IMG/VR virus record: IMGVR_UViG_3300013901_000011
Coordinates: 28,923 to 92,922 of that record
Length of the DNA: 64,000 nt
Source: a virus
Reading direction: 5' to 3' (one strand)
Shown here: positions 20,068 to 29,963 of the stretch, in pieces
How positions within the stretch are numbered: position 1 is the stretch's first letter
How the letters are laid out: each line of letters opens with the position of its first letter
Notes under the pieces: model-generated
What the model was told of the DNA's origin: nothing
What the model saw: only the letters and a program-made list of their open reading frames with translations
Database searches by the model: none
Position numbers and translations under genes: made by a program

Positions 20068-20493
20068 TTATTTCTGACCTTTATTACGATTGCGCCTGAT
20101 TTTTTGGTAAAATTTGTCCTTTTCTGTAATGTATTCTGCTAAAGCGCTTTTCATCTCTTTAAGTGAATTTTCATTTTCTTGAATATCTTTTTCTCTTCTT
20201 CTTATTTCTCTTATAAGTAAATGAGTTTCACGAACGTCTTTATTGTAATAAGGATTAAATTTAAGTAGGCTATGAAAATCTTTTAAAGCCTTTAATTCTC
20301 TTTTGGAATCTTTAATCAAATGTTTTAAAAATTTAATATTGGCGCGAGTTTCTGCAATCTGTAATCCAGTCTTTTCACTCATCATGTCTGTGTCTTCTGG
20401 ATGACAGTGAGCCTCGCCAGTATAAATAGTTCCATCATTATCTATAATAATACATCTAGCGATTCCGTCATTATATGTGTAAGATGTTTTCAT
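20068..20493 (-). CDS. hypothetical protein
   Basis: 141-aa ORF with RBS GGAGATATATTATATG. Confidence 0.35.
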   Translation of the reverse strand: MKTSYTYNDGIARCIIIDNDGTIYTGEAHCHPEDTDMMSEKTGLQIAETRANIKFLKHLIKDSKRELKALKDFHSLLKFNPYYNKDVRETHLLIREIRRREKDIQENENSLKEMKSALAEYITEKDKFYQKIRRNRNKGQK

Positions 20494-20621
20494 ATAATAT
20501 ATCTCCTTTATTTTATTAAAAAATTATACAATAAAATAAGGTAATTATCAAATTTAGATATTTTGCTTAAAAAATTTGTATAGGCGAGTGGAAACCAACA
20601 AGCGGACCTGACGCTAAATGC

Positions 20622-20660
20622 GGGTATTAAAAAAGGAGACCTACGAATAGGTCTCCTTGT
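20622..20660 (-). terminator. rho-independent terminator after flotillin gene
   Basis: Minus strand AAGGAGACC-TATTCGTA-GGTCTCCTT then TTTTTAATACC. Confidence 0.55.
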
Positions 20661-20662
20661 AA

Positions 20663-22204
20663 TTATTCATTTACATCTGTTTCTTTGAAAGACTCAATAG
20701 CTTTTGTTCCAAGAACACCAGCTAAAAGAGATTTAACATCAATACCAAGAGATTCACTTAATCCCTCAGATACCTGAGTTACATTTGTCATAATATCTCC
20801 TGCTAGTTTGGAAGTATCTCCACCAAGCATTACAATTTTATCAACGTTTGTATACCCTTTACCAACAGCCTCAGCAATAGCAGGTAACTGCTCGAAGTAA
20901 AGTTTGAGTGCCTGCAACTGCATGTCCTGCTTAGCGGCCTCGCCATACTGTTTCATAGCTTCTGCTTTCTTCTGAAGACCTTCAGCCTCAGCTTCAAGTT
21001 TTGCTCTAATTGCGGCAGCTTCTGCCTCACCTTTTGCTCTAGCTGCAGCCGCATCAGCTTCACCCTGTGCTTTTACTGCATCCGCAAGTGCTTTCTTAGC
21101 TTCAGAATCTCTCTGTGCTTCTGCAAGAGACGCTTCTGCCTGTTTTGTTCTCTCGAACAACTCAGCTTCAGATTTCTTCTGAGTTTCATACAGTTTTGCA
21201 TCAGCTCTCTGCTGTGCTGCATATTTTTCAGCTTCTGCGGTTTTCTTAACTTCAGCTTCCAGAGCACGTTCTTTAATAGCTACTTCTCTCTCTTTTAACT
21301 CAATCTGTTTCTCTTGACGAGCAATGTCTGCTTCAGTAGCAGCAACGTCTTTAATCTGACGCTGTTTCTCATCCTCGATAGCTTTTGCTGCATCAGCCTG
21401 CGCTTTGCGGGTATCCGCACTTTTCTTTAAATCTGCCTGTTTGATTTCAAATTCGTTGTTACGAACTGCAATCTGTTCAGCAGCTGCAACCTTAGCATCA
21501 TTAGCTTCTTTGGAGTTCTGAGCTTCTGCGATAGCTACTTCTCTTTCAGCATTGGATTTTGCAATAGCGGCGTTTTTAGAAATCTGCGCCATATTGTCCT
21601 GACCAAGAGCAGTGATAAGATTTTTCTCATCTTCTAACTTCTGAATATTACAGGATTCAATCCAAATACCAAGAGCGTTCATGTCTTTCTGCGCTTTTGC
21701 CTGAACTTCATCTCCAAAGGCTTTACGGTCATTACATAACTGTTTTAATTCCTGGGTTCCAATAATTTCTCGCATATTACCCTGTAAAGAATCCTGTAAA
21801 GACTGTTCAATCTGCTCTTTAGACATATTAAGGAAGTTCTTCATTGCTGCGGCAACCATCTCAGGTGTAATACCTTTTTCTTCATCATTGAGGTCATTCT
21901 CAGTAAGAACTCTTACTTTTGCTACTGCGTCAATGTTTACACCAATAAAGTCTTTAGTTGGAATATAACCATTTGTTTTGATGTCAATAGACATCTGACG
22001 CAAGGTTAAGGTATCCATTCTTTCAAAGAAAGGAATCTTAATACCGGCTTTACCAATCAGGATTCGAGGCTCTTTGTGAAAACCAGAAATAATGTAAGCT
22101 GTATCCGGCGGAGCTTTAACATATCCTGAAGCAATTACTGCGATAATGACAACCGCAAGTAAAACAAAAGGTACAAACGGTAAGATAGTTGTTAGAAAAT
22201 TCAT
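20663..22204 (-). CDS. SPFH/band-7 (flotillin-like) membrane protein
   Basis: N-terminal TM helix, SPFH core (YVKAPPDTAYIISGF...), long EA-rich coiled-coil typical of bacterial flotillins (FloT/YuaG-like). Confidence 0.75.
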   Translation of the reverse strand: MNFLTTILPFVPFVLLAVVIIAVIASGYVKAPPDTAYIISGFHKEPRILIGKAGIKIPFFERMDTLTLRQMSIDIKTNGYIPTKDFIGVNIDAVAKVRVLTENDLNDEEKGITPEMVAAAMKNFLNMSKEQIEQSLQDSLQGNMREIIGTQELKQLCNDRKAFGDEVQAKAQKDMNALGIWIESCNIQKLEDEKNLITALGQDNMAQISKNAAIAKSNAEREVAIAEAQNSKEANDAKVAAAEQIAVRNNEFEIKQADLKKSADTRKAQADAAKAIEDEKQRQIKDVAATEADIARQEKQIELKEREVAIKERALEAEVKKTAEAEKYAAQQRADAKLYETQKKSEAELFERTKQAEASLAEAQRDSEAKKALADAVKAQGEADAAAARAKGEAEAAAIRAKLEAEAEGLQKKAEAMKQYGEAAKQDMQLQALKLYFEQLPAIAEAVGKGYTNVDKIVMLGGDTSKLAGDIMTNVTQVSEGLSESLGIDVKSLLAGVLGTKAIESFKETDVNE

Positions 22205-22257
22205 AAATTCTTTTCTCCTTTTTATTTAGTTTTCAATGTACTTATTTATTCAAAAAG

Positions 22258-22824
22258 CTACATAGCTCTTTGTTCGTTAAATTTTGCTTTCATATCTTCA
22301 ATAATTGTATCTAAAGAAACTGGAAAGCAATTATGAGCATCAACTGCTACGTTATAAAGATATGGAATATTTTCATAAAATTTTTCTTTTGAATGTGTGT
22401 GTCCCGAAATCCCGCAGGTAACTTGATGAAGAGATTCAATTTCTCCATTACTTGTTACTGTTGGATAATGGCTTAAATAAAAATGATATTTTCTATATTT
22501 AAGCATCATAGCATATCCTTCATCAATAATGCCGATTTCAGAGTAAAGGCGGCATCGAGTCTGGGTGTCATGATTTCCATGAATGAAATGTTTAATTCCA
22601 TTTAATTGCTGCAAACATTCAAGACCATGTTCATTGTCATTTAACATTAAATCTCCTAAAAGATATAAGTCATCTTCTGGAGTTACGATTGAATTGCAAT
22701 TTTTAATAATTGCTTTATCATGTTCTTCAATCGAAGTAAAACCTCGTGCTTCATAGACAAATGGTTTTGAATGGCCCAGGTGTAAATCACTCATCAGGTA
22801 AATCAACTGTAACGCCTCCTTCAT
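22258..22824 (-). CDS. calcineurin-like metallophosphoesterase
   Basis: DLHLGH, GDLMLND, GNHD, GHTH motifs; stop/start overlap (ATGAGTGA) with upstream kinase gene. Confidence 0.65.
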   Translation of the reverse strand: MKEALQLIYLMSDLHLGHSKPFVYEARGFTSIEEHDKAIIKNCNSIVTPEDDLYLLGDLMLNDNEHGLECLQQLNGIKHFIHGNHDTQTRCRLYSEIGIIDEGYAMMLKYRKYHFYLSHYPTVTSNGEIESLHQVTCGISGHTHSKEKFYENIPYLYNVAVDAHNCFPVSLDTIIEDMKAKFNEQRAM

Positions 22825-23320
22825 TTACTCGAATAATTGCTGAATATTTATACTTCTCAATAAAAGTAGGTTTCTCGAACTGCTCATTCATTCTACGAAT
22901 AACACTTCGTGGAACATAAGCAAGTTTATCGTCTCTCCTTAGTTCATTTCTTTGCAAACAAGTTTCAAGAAGATTTTCAAAACTTATTGGAACAATTCTT
23001 ACATTATCAAGATTTAAACTATCAAGTAATTTATTTCTTGATTTCTGCGTAAGTTGTGTAGCATCTGCTATAATATAATCAACACCTTCATTAATGTATT
23101 TCTGAATAGTTTCAATATATTCTTTCCAAACTTCTTTTTCTCTATCAAAATACTGAGAGTTTTCATCTTCTTGAAGTTTAGCAAAACGAATAATATCTCT
23201 TGATACTATTTCAAGTTCATAATCACCTTTTAAGTATTGCTTTGCATTTTCTTTTGAGTCGCGGAACCAAGTAGATTTTCCAGAACCAGGAATTCCGCAT
23301 CCAACATATAAAGTTGTCAT
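22787..23320 (-). CDS. P-loop polynucleotide kinase-like protein
   Basis: Walker A GCGIPGSGKST at N-terminus, ~177 aa, translationally coupled to a phosphoesterase (split Pnkp-like arrangement). Confidence 0.55.
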   Translation of the reverse strand: MTTLYVGCGIPGSGKSTWFRDSKENAKQYLKGDYELEIVSRDIIRFAKLQEDENSQYFDREKEVWKEYIETIQKYINEGVDYIIADATQLTQKSRNKLLDSLNLDNVRIVPISFENLLETCLQRNELRRDDKLAYVPRSVIRRMNEQFEKPTFIEKYKYSAIIRVNEGGVTVDLPDE

Positions 23321-23321
23321 A

Positions 23322-23591
23322 TTAAATCAACTCTCCCTTTAAATATTCTAAACTTTCTTCTAATTCTTCTTTAAAAACGCCATCCTCAAAATCCTGTTTG
23401 AACTGAAATACATCTTCATCATTTCTACATTCAACATGATTTACTTCAATCCTACAATGCGGACAATACATTTTTTTTCTATGAAATCTAGCTTTCTGCC
23501 CACCCTTTTTTCTTGGCAAATCATAGCTTTTATTGCCACATTTCATGCAATAAAAGCTATTAAATACGATATTATTGTTTCTTCTTCCCAT
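23322..23591 (-). CDS. zinc-ribbon protein
   Basis: CMKCGN ... CPHCRIE Cys4 pattern. Confidence 0.4.
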   Translation of the reverse strand: MGRRNNNIVFNSFYCMKCGNKSYDLPRKKGGQKARFHRKKMYCPHCRIEVNHVECRNDEDVFQFKQDFEDGVFKEELEESLEYLKGELI

Positions 23592-23658
23592 TTCTTTTCT
23601 TTTCCTTATCTTTATTTGATAAATATATTATATAATATTTTTAATAATTTATCAATAA

Positions 23659-24339
23659 TTATACTTTGAAATAAATGGTTTCAAAAGTGTCAAGGTCTAA
23701 AAGAGCTACTGTATTAGTCCAAAAAGAACCGCAATCAATATCAATTTTATGACCAAGAGCATATGTATATACATATGGTTCTGATTCATCATCTACATCT
23801 GCGACATAGCACCAAGGTGTATGACCGTGCACTACATATACGTCAGAAAACTCTTTAACATCAAAAGCATCATGAATATGCTTTCTATCCCAGATAAAGT
23901 CAGTAAATTTAGAACCAGGAGTAAAACCAGCATGTGACATTATAACAATTTTGCCATCTTTGCGGTGATAGGTTGCGGTTTTCTGTAAGCCATTGATTTT
24001 GCGGCACCAGGTTAAATCTGCCCCATCTGCTTCCCATTCAGCACAAGTTAATTCTCCACCATTTTTAGTATGAAGATAATAATTATCGCCGCAAAAACTT
24101 CCATATTCTGCATAGTCATAAATACTTCTAGCTAGCATATCCTCATGGTTTCCTTTAAGGAAAATAAACTGCGGGTCATAATAAATTGATTTAAAACATT
24201 TCCAAGGTTCTGGACCACGGTCAACTGCGTCACCTAAGAAATATACTTTATCTTCTGGACCGATAAAGTTTTTAATTTTTTCATAAAGACCATAAACTCC
24301 ATGAATATCTGAACAACAATAAGTACTCATTCCAATCAC
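23659..24339 (-). CDS. PPP-family metallophosphoesterase (lambda phosphatase/ApaH-like)
   Basis: GDAVDRGP, GNHE, HAG, GHT motifs. Confidence 0.65.
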   Translation of the reverse strand: MIGMSTYCCSDIHGVYGLYEKIKNFIGPEDKVYFLGDAVDRGPEPWKCFKSIYYDPQFIFLKGNHEDMLARSIYDYAEYGSFCGDNYYLHTKNGGELTCAEWEADGADLTWCRKINGLQKTATYHRKDGKIVIMSHAGFTPGSKFTDFIWDRKHIHDAFDVKEFSDVYVVHGHTPWCYVADVDDESEPYVYTYALGHKIDIDCGSFWTNTVALLDLDTFETIYFKV

Positions 24340-24345
24340 TCCTTG

Positions 24346-24513
24346 TTAAAATCTCATTACTGGTAAGCCTTCTTCTTTTAGCTTCTGGTAAATATCTTCT
24401 TCTCTGACATCGTACCAGGTAGGATGCTCATGTTGAATTAATTGAGCCGCTAAAGTTTCACATACATCCTGTAACTGACTTTTTTCACAACCGCCAAATT
24501 CAATCATTATTAA
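24346..24513 (-). CDS. small hypothetical protein (55 aa)
   Basis: ORF MIEFGGCEKSQLQDV... not in ORF track (below cutoff); strong RBS GGAGGATTTAATAATG and promoter motif at 24550-24565. Confidence 0.3.
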   Translation of the reverse strand, partial: LIMIEFGGCEKSQLQDVCETLAAQLIQHEHPTWYDVREEDIYQKLKEEGLPVMRF

Positions 24514-24519
24514 ATCCTC

Positions 24520-24566
24520 CCTTTAATTTATATATATATTATATATTATTTATAATAAAAAATCAA
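24520..24566 (-). promoter_or_regulatory. conserved phage promoter (TTGATT-N17-TATAAT) plus conserved leader
   Basis: Minus strand TTGATTTTTTATTATAAATAATATATAATATATATATAAATTAAAGGGAGG. Confidence 0.5.
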
Positions 24567-24567
24567 A

Positions 24568-24608
24568 ATAGGACTTTTATCTTAATAGATAAAAGTCCTA
24601 TTTGTTAA
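24568..24608 (-). terminator. terminator hairpin fused to downstream TTGATT promoter
   Basis: Minus strand AGGACTTTTATC-TATTAA-GATAAAAGTCCT-ATTTTGATTTTTTATTATAAA. Confidence 0.5.
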
Positions 24609-24749
24609 AAGTGGAAAATCTCTATTGCTACATAAAGCGCAGTACAAGAGAAAAATCCTGTATAAAAATATCTTGCAATACCAGGATGAACAATATTATA
24701 ATGACACATAAAACAAATAACTAAAACCCAAAGTATCGCTCCAATTATT

Positions 24750-25208
24750 TTACTCGGTTTCATCTATAAGCTCCTCCAATGCTACCGCGGCGACGCGCAA
24801 ATCTACACGTTCACCAAGCACATTTGTAATTTTGTACATTAGTTCCTGTTTATTTTCTGTGGTAATTAACATATTGTATTTATCTGCAATTTTTATAATT
24901 CCCTCTTTAATTGCTTCTTTATTAGTAATAATTGGTGGCATATATATTGTAAGATAACTTAATTCTTTATAATAATTTTTAAGAGTCTTTGATTTAGAAA
25001 CTGGACAAGCCAATATAAAGGTTTTTGTCTTACGGACTTGATTAATTACAACCGCATCTATTAATTGTTGCGGAGGGTCTGAAAACCCTTTCTTTGCAGA
25101 CAGAACTTTAATCTCTGTCATTAATTTAGAAAGGGTTGTCATTTTTATTCTATTGTTTTTCTTTTTAGCTGCTTCATAATCATATTCAATTTCTTTTAAA
25201 TTTGCCAT
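24750..25208 (-). CDS. hypothetical protein
   Basis: 152-aa ORF. Confidence 0.35.
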   Translation of the reverse strand: MANLKEIEYDYEAAKKKNNRIKMTTLSKLMTEIKVLSAKKGFSDPPQQLIDAVVINQVRKTKTFILACPVSKSKTLKNYYKELSYLTIYMPPIITNKEAIKEGIIKIADKYNMLITTENKQELMYKITNVLGERVDLRVAAVALEELIDETE

Positions 25209-25210
25209 AG

Positions 25211-25753
25211 TTAAATATCCTGAAAAATAAATTCACCATTATGTTTCTTCATATATTCTCTATATTTATCCCTATTATATCCAATTTTAGGGTCAGAGAA
25301 AGCTGCGGCATATGCTTTACGTTCACAAATCCCGCAAACACAAGCACCTACAGTTCCAATGCTGGTAGGAGTAAAATGATAATCGAAACCGCCACCAATA
25401 GCCCCATGATAGCCACGAGGATTTTTATGTTCTTTTTCATCATGTTCTTTAGACCAATTACGAATAGCTTCTTTCTCTTCCTCTGTAATTGGGAAGCCTC
25501 TGTACATATCTTTTCTCATGGCTTCTCTATCGGCTTGTGCAATCTCAACTTGCTTTTTCATTGCGGTTAATTCATCATCTTTGTAATTATCTGTTTTAAG
25601 TTGTGCATTTTCTGCTTTTAATCTTTGAATTTCGTTGTCTTTGCTCTTAGATAATTCTTTAATATCCATTAAATAATCTTCAATAGTTTTATCAGATACA
25701 AAAACTCCACTATGTTTAAATAATCTTCTTGCTCTTTCATTATCTACTGGCAT
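25211..25753 (-). CDS. hypothetical protein
   Basis: 180-aa ORF, Cys-rich segment GACVCGICERKAY. Confidence 0.35.
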   Translation of the reverse strand: MPVDNERARRLFKHSGVFVSDKTIEDYLMDIKELSKSKDNEIQRLKAENAQLKTDNYKDDELTAMKKQVEIAQADREAMRKDMYRGFPITEEEKEAIRNWSKEHDEKEHKNPRGYHGAIGGGFDYHFTPTSIGTVGACVCGICERKAYAAAFSDPKIGYNRDKYREYMKKHNGEFIFQDI

Positions 25754-25811
25754 ATTTATCTTCTCCTTTTTATTATATATAAATAATATAATAAAAAGAG
25801 CAATAAATCAA

Positions 25812-26144
25812 TTATTGCTCCTTATAGTTTTTTACCAAGATTTTATAAATTTCATTACAACGTATAAAATCCTCAGAATTTCCACCATTATCAGGATGGG
25901 TATTTTTTAATGCAATTTTCATAAACTTTAATGTATCTTTCGGTAATACTTTGCCCTTTTTTAAATCTGTTTGCGGCATTGTGTTCTGAAATCTTAATTT
26001 TGAATTTAAAACTTCAAGAGCATATATATGACTTTTTAAAGTTCTATTTTCTATTTTTAAAGTTTCATTTTCTCCTAAGCAGCTCATAAGAAGACCTAAA
26101 TTTACTACTAGAATAAATAAGAGCAAAGTAATAATAATTTTCAT
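25812..26144 (-). CDS. J-domain (DnaJ-like) protein with N-terminal TM/signal segment
   Basis: C-terminal LKNTHPDNGGNSEDFIRCNEIYKIL matches J-domain HPD helix pattern. Confidence 0.45.
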   Translation of the reverse strand: MKIIITLLLFILVVNLGLLMSCLGENETLKIENRTLKSHIYALEVLNSKLRFQNTMPQTDLKKGKVLPKDTLKFMKIALKNTHPDNGGNSEDFIRCNEIYKILVKNYKEQ

Positions 26145-26178
26145 TCTATCTCCTTTTAGTAAGGAGAGTTACCTCTCC

Positions 26179-27561
26179 TTACATTTCACTCAGCAAATCT
26201 TCAGATACATTATCAGTTTCTCCAGAAGCTTCAGCCTGAGCCACAGCAATTCCAGATAAACATTTAAAGTCATAATTTTTGTGCTTATATGCGGCAAATC
26301 CTGGACGATTCAGAATTCTGCATACAACACCTTCCCGCACATGAGTTTTACCTACTGGGTCTGGACCATCATAGTATTTCTCTGCGATTTCTTTAATATA
26401 TTCTCCTGGATTTACTTCCTCTGGAATAAAGCCTCTCCACAGAAGTGGAACACATTTAACTCCCATCTGTTCACAACGATAACGCATAAAGTCTGGAGTA
26501 TATTCTACTACATCACCATCTTCATTTGTAGTTGTCATACGGTAAACGTATAAATCAGATTTTTTGTTATCTGGGTCACAGCCATAAGAGAATACAGTTT
26601 CTTCTCCATACTGTTTGATAAATTCTTTATTATTTAACTTTTTATTGCTAGCTTTTGGCATGATTGGAACACCATCATCAGTAAAACCAACAATTTCATA
26701 ATAAACAGTTTCGTCTTTATGAAGTTTTCCCTCAAAGACTTTTTCGTGCTTTTCTCTAAACTCATTGGAGCCATAAAAACCACCATCGAAGGAATCTAAT
26801 ACGGTTCTGCGGGTTCCAGATACAAGACCCCAATCGTATTTAGGTTTGCTATGCTTATCGAAGTAAGCAACCATAGCTTTCTGCAATTTATTGAGTTTTC
26901 TATCTCGGTCTTTAATTTCACAGAAAACCGCAAGTACATTTGTTGGAACAATATCCACTAATCTTGGTAGATATCCAGTTCTACCAGAAGTACCGTGCAT
27001 TTTAAGAGTAATCTCCACAAGGTCACCATTTTTAAAAGCTCCCATATTATAAGCAAGCTGCTCTGTGTCAGCATGTTCAACAAAAAGTGGAGCGATTGGT
27101 ACTTTCTTTTTGCGGGTTTTATTTACTCTATTATCAGCAGAGTGATGTTTGCGGATAGGAATATATTTCTTACAAATTTCATGTCCATTCAAAGTAGTAA
27201 CAGTATCACCAATATTGAGTTCGTCAAGGTTGATTCCTGTATAAACTACACATTTAAGAGGAAGAAACAAGCCATCAGATTTTTCACCTCTTAACCGCAC
27301 AGCAGTAACATTTCTTTTCTTTGGGTCCATATATCCAGTATCTGGAGTACCATCTGGTTTCTTTCTCAGGAGATGATTCTCAAGGCAAAATTCCTCAGAA
27401 AGCTGAAGGTCTACTGGAAAATAAATACCAATCTCACCCATAGTAATATCAAGAGAAACGCAAGTGTCATTTCCAAAGAAAGTAGCAATATTTAATCGGT
27501 CAGCATTTGGATGTTTTCTCAGTTCATTTACTTTTACTACATAACCGCAATGTTCAGACAT
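26179..27561 (-). CDS. ATP-dependent RNA ligase (Rnl2-like KxHG nucleotidyltransferase) with N-terminal tRNA-binding OB-like domain
   Basis: N-terminal KHPNADRL motif typical of Trbp111/EMAP-II tRNA-binding fold; ITLKMHGTSG resembles Rnl2 motif I KxHG. Confidence 0.5.
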   Translation of the reverse strand: MSEHCGYVVKVNELRKHPNADRLNIATFFGNDTCVSLDITMGEIGIYFPVDLQLSEEFCLENHLLRKKPDGTPDTGYMDPKKRNVTAVRLRGEKSDGLFLPLKCVVYTGINLDELNIGDTVTTLNGHEICKKYIPIRKHHSADNRVNKTRKKKVPIAPLFVEHADTEQLAYNMGAFKNGDLVEITLKMHGTSGRTGYLPRLVDIVPTNVLAVFCEIKDRDRKLNKLQKAMVAYFDKHSKPKYDWGLVSGTRRTVLDSFDGGFYGSNEFREKHEKVFEGKLHKDETVYYEIVGFTDDGVPIMPKASNKKLNNKEFIKQYGEETVFSYGCDPDNKKSDLYVYRMTTTNEDGDVVEYTPDFMRYRCEQMGVKCVPLLWRGFIPEEVNPGEYIKEIAEKYYDGPDPVGKTHVREGVVCRILNRPGFAAYKHKNYDFKCLSGIAVAQAEASGETDNVSEDLLSEM

Positions 27562-27584
27562 ATAAATCTTCTCCTTTTCTTTTT

Positions 27585-28418
27585 TTATTTACTTGTAATA
27601 AACCAATATTTATCACAATATTTTTTCTTCTGAGCAGCAGCATTACGAATTTTATTCATAATTCTGTTATGTGTTGCTTCTGTAATGATAATTTTATTTT
27701 TACCATGATTCATTTCATGTGTAATAAGATATTCAGCGGTATCAAATAAAGAATCAAATCCTTTATAAACCTTTTTCCCTTTCTTATCAAGGCTGATAAA
27801 AACTTTGTGTGAATCTTTTTTCATATCTATATAAGTTTCAACCGGTCCTTCTTCAATAGTATTTTCAACTCTATACTCAGCTAATTCCGCGCAAGTATTA
27901 TCAATAGGAGTAGATTCTACTTTATCAAATACATATTTCAGAAGGCGAGCATCATCAAGTGCATTATGATTTTGCTCAATTTCATTTCCACGAATATAAT
28001 TAGCAATTTTTCCAAGATTAATTGGTTTAATTAAACCATAATGCACTTTTACTTTTGGTGCATAGTCAGTTAAACTAGACTTAATGTAACTTAACATTGC
28101 CCCTGCTTTAAAATTTGTAGACCTTTTAATATTGGCTTTGAGAAACTGCACGTCAGTATTACCATAACAATAAAATACATTCTGTTCATTTGGAGATTTT
28201 TCCATACACCAATCGAATAAATCAGAAAACACTTCATTTGGTAAAGCTGCGTCTACAAGCATTTCATTTGTAATGCCTGTTAAATCAGTGATAAATTTAG
28301 TAATCTTTCCTTCTGGTTTTACTAAAGAATAAAATGTATCTCCATTCTCATTAATGCATCCAACAGAGATAATTTCATTTGTAAACTGTGCTGCCTCAAA
28401 GTCAATAAAAAAATTCAT
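27585..28418 (-). CDS. DEDDh 3'-5' exonuclease (DnaQ/RNase T-like)
   Basis: Exo I FIDFEA, Exo III HNALDDARLL. Confidence 0.65.
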   Translation of the reverse strand: MNFFIDFEAAQFTNEIISVGCINENGDTFYSLVKPEGKITKFITDLTGITNEMLVDAALPNEVFSDLFDWCMEKSPNEQNVFYCYGNTDVQFLKANIKRSTNFKAGAMLSYIKSSLTDYAPKVKVHYGLIKPINLGKIANYIRGNEIEQNHNALDDARLLKYVFDKVESTPIDNTCAELAEYRVENTIEEGPVETYIDMKKDSHKVFISLDKKGKKVYKGFDSLFDTAEYLITHEMNHGKNKIIITEATHNRIMNKIRNAAAQKKKYCDKYWFITSK

Positions 28419-28421
28419 AAG

Positions 28422-29246
28422 TTATTCCGCCTTTTCTTTTTTCTTTTCTAATTCCTTAAATACTTCTACTGCTTTCTGGTAATTATCTCCATGTACTGAA
28501 TCTGGAATTGCATATATTACCTGTTTAAAATTTTTTCTTTCATCGGCAAGATACTTATTAAACAAAGTAATAACTTCTGTTGCATCCTGACCAAATACGC
28601 CACATCCAAAAGCTCCAAGAATAAGTGTATCTACTCCTTCTCTTGCGGCGATGTCAAGAACAAATTTAATGCGGCTTTCCAAAATTTTGGAATTTTCTTC
28701 CGCAGTAATTCCATATCCATATTTTTTGTTTGGTGTAAGATTTGGAGCTGCACAAGTAATTACATTGATAAACTCTTGGTCATCTCCCTGTTCAAACATA
28801 ATATGTGGAGAAAAAATAGCTCTATTCTCATACATTGCTTTATTAAGATGTTTATTATTCCAATCATAGTAATAATCAAACTCTCTTAATACGTTATATA
28901 AATAAGAATTCTGGCATAAACACTCTTCCTGAGCTCTTGAGCCTTGAAGAAAGCCGCCTCCTGGATTCTTATATGAAGCAAAATTTAAAACACAAATGGT
29001 TCCTTTACCAAAAGTTTTTCTTGCTTTAAAGATTGCTTCAACGCTTCCAACATCCCACAGATAAACTGGCATATTCTCACGATACAAAGGATGTGGAACA
29101 TAAGTATTTCCAGTATAAACATGGCTATTCTTTTTTGCATAAACAATATCTTCTTTATATTTATGAGCCATATCTAAAGTTCTTTTCTTAGCAGTTTCTG
29201 CTCTGCCTTGACGATTACCATCCCAATAATATTTAATTTTGCCCAT
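28422..29246 (-). CDS. bacterial-type poly(ADP-ribose) glycohydrolase-like macrodomain protein (DUF2263/PARG-like)
   Basis: TICVLNFASYKNPGGGFLQGSRAQEE carries the PARG signature GGG-X7-QEE. Confidence 0.6.
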   Translation of the reverse strand: MGKIKYYWDGNRQGRAETAKKRTLDMAHKYKEDIVYAKKNSHVYTGNTYVPHPLYRENMPVYLWDVGSVEAIFKARKTFGKGTICVLNFASYKNPGGGFLQGSRAQEECLCQNSYLYNVLREFDYYYDWNNKHLNKAMYENRAIFSPHIMFEQGDDQEFINVITCAAPNLTPNKKYGYGITAEENSKILESRIKFVLDIAAREGVDTLILGAFGCGVFGQDATEVITLFNKYLADERKNFKQVIYAIPDSVHGDNYQKAVEVFKELEKKKEKAE

Positions 29247-29700
29247 TTAATAACTCCATAACTACTTTATTAATAAGTTTGCCGTCAGCCTTTCCTTTAA
29301 GCTTTGGCATAATATTTTTCATAACCAAACCTTTCATCTTTGGATTAATTGGTTCAGTAACCGCCTGAGAAAGTTCAACTAATTCAGCATTGATGAACTT
29401 TTTAACCTCGTCTTCAGACATCTGCTTCGGCGCAATCTCATTAATATATTTCATGTTTTCTTTGTACATATTAAGTAAATCTGTACGGTTTGCAGGACAA
29501 GTATCAATCTGTTCCTGGCAAGTTTTTTTACATTTCAAAATAGCTGCATCAACAATCTCTTCTGTAATGTTGTCCTTGCATTTCTTCTCGATTGCCATAT
29601 TTTTGGTACAAGTCACGATATCTGCAATTACAGCTTTTTTAACTCGATTTTGCTGCTTCATACTATCAGTCAAATCTTTCATCAACTTCTCGAAAGTCAT
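29233..29700 (-). CDS. GatB/YqeY-domain protein
   Basis: C-terminal MPKLKGKADGKLINKVVMELL matches the YqeY consensus MPKVKGRADGKLVNQIV. Confidence 0.7.
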   Translation of the reverse strand: MTFEKLMKDLTDSMKQQNRVKKAVIADIVTCTKNMAIEKKCKDNITEEIVDAAILKCKKTCQEQIDTCPANRTDLLNMYKENMKYINEIAPKQMSEDEVKKFINAELVELSQAVTEPINPKMKGLVMKNIMPKLKGKADGKLINKVVMELLNGQN

Positions 29701-29905
29701 CTAAGTCAACCTCCTCTTTTTTCTTTATCTTTTCTACTAAATCTTCATATTCTGCAAGTCGTTTGATATGCTCGAAGAAAGGGCAGGTACTACATATATC
29801 ATCTGCTTTTGGATACATACCGTAAAGGTCATCCATCCACTCCTCTGCACCACATTCATCAATACGACATTCCCAATTATCTTTTGGTCTAGTCATTCGA
29901 CTCAT
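29666..29905 (-). CDS. hypothetical protein
   Basis: 79 aa, CSTCPFFEH motif. Confidence 0.3.
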   Translation of the reverse strand: MSRMTRPKDNWECRIDECGAEEWMDDLYGMYPKADDICSTCPFFEHIKRLAEYEDLVEKIKKKEEVDLDDFREVDERFD

Positions 29906-29963
29906 TTTTATTTTTCCCTTCCTTAACTTTCTATAATTATTATAATATTTTTATAATAAAAAA

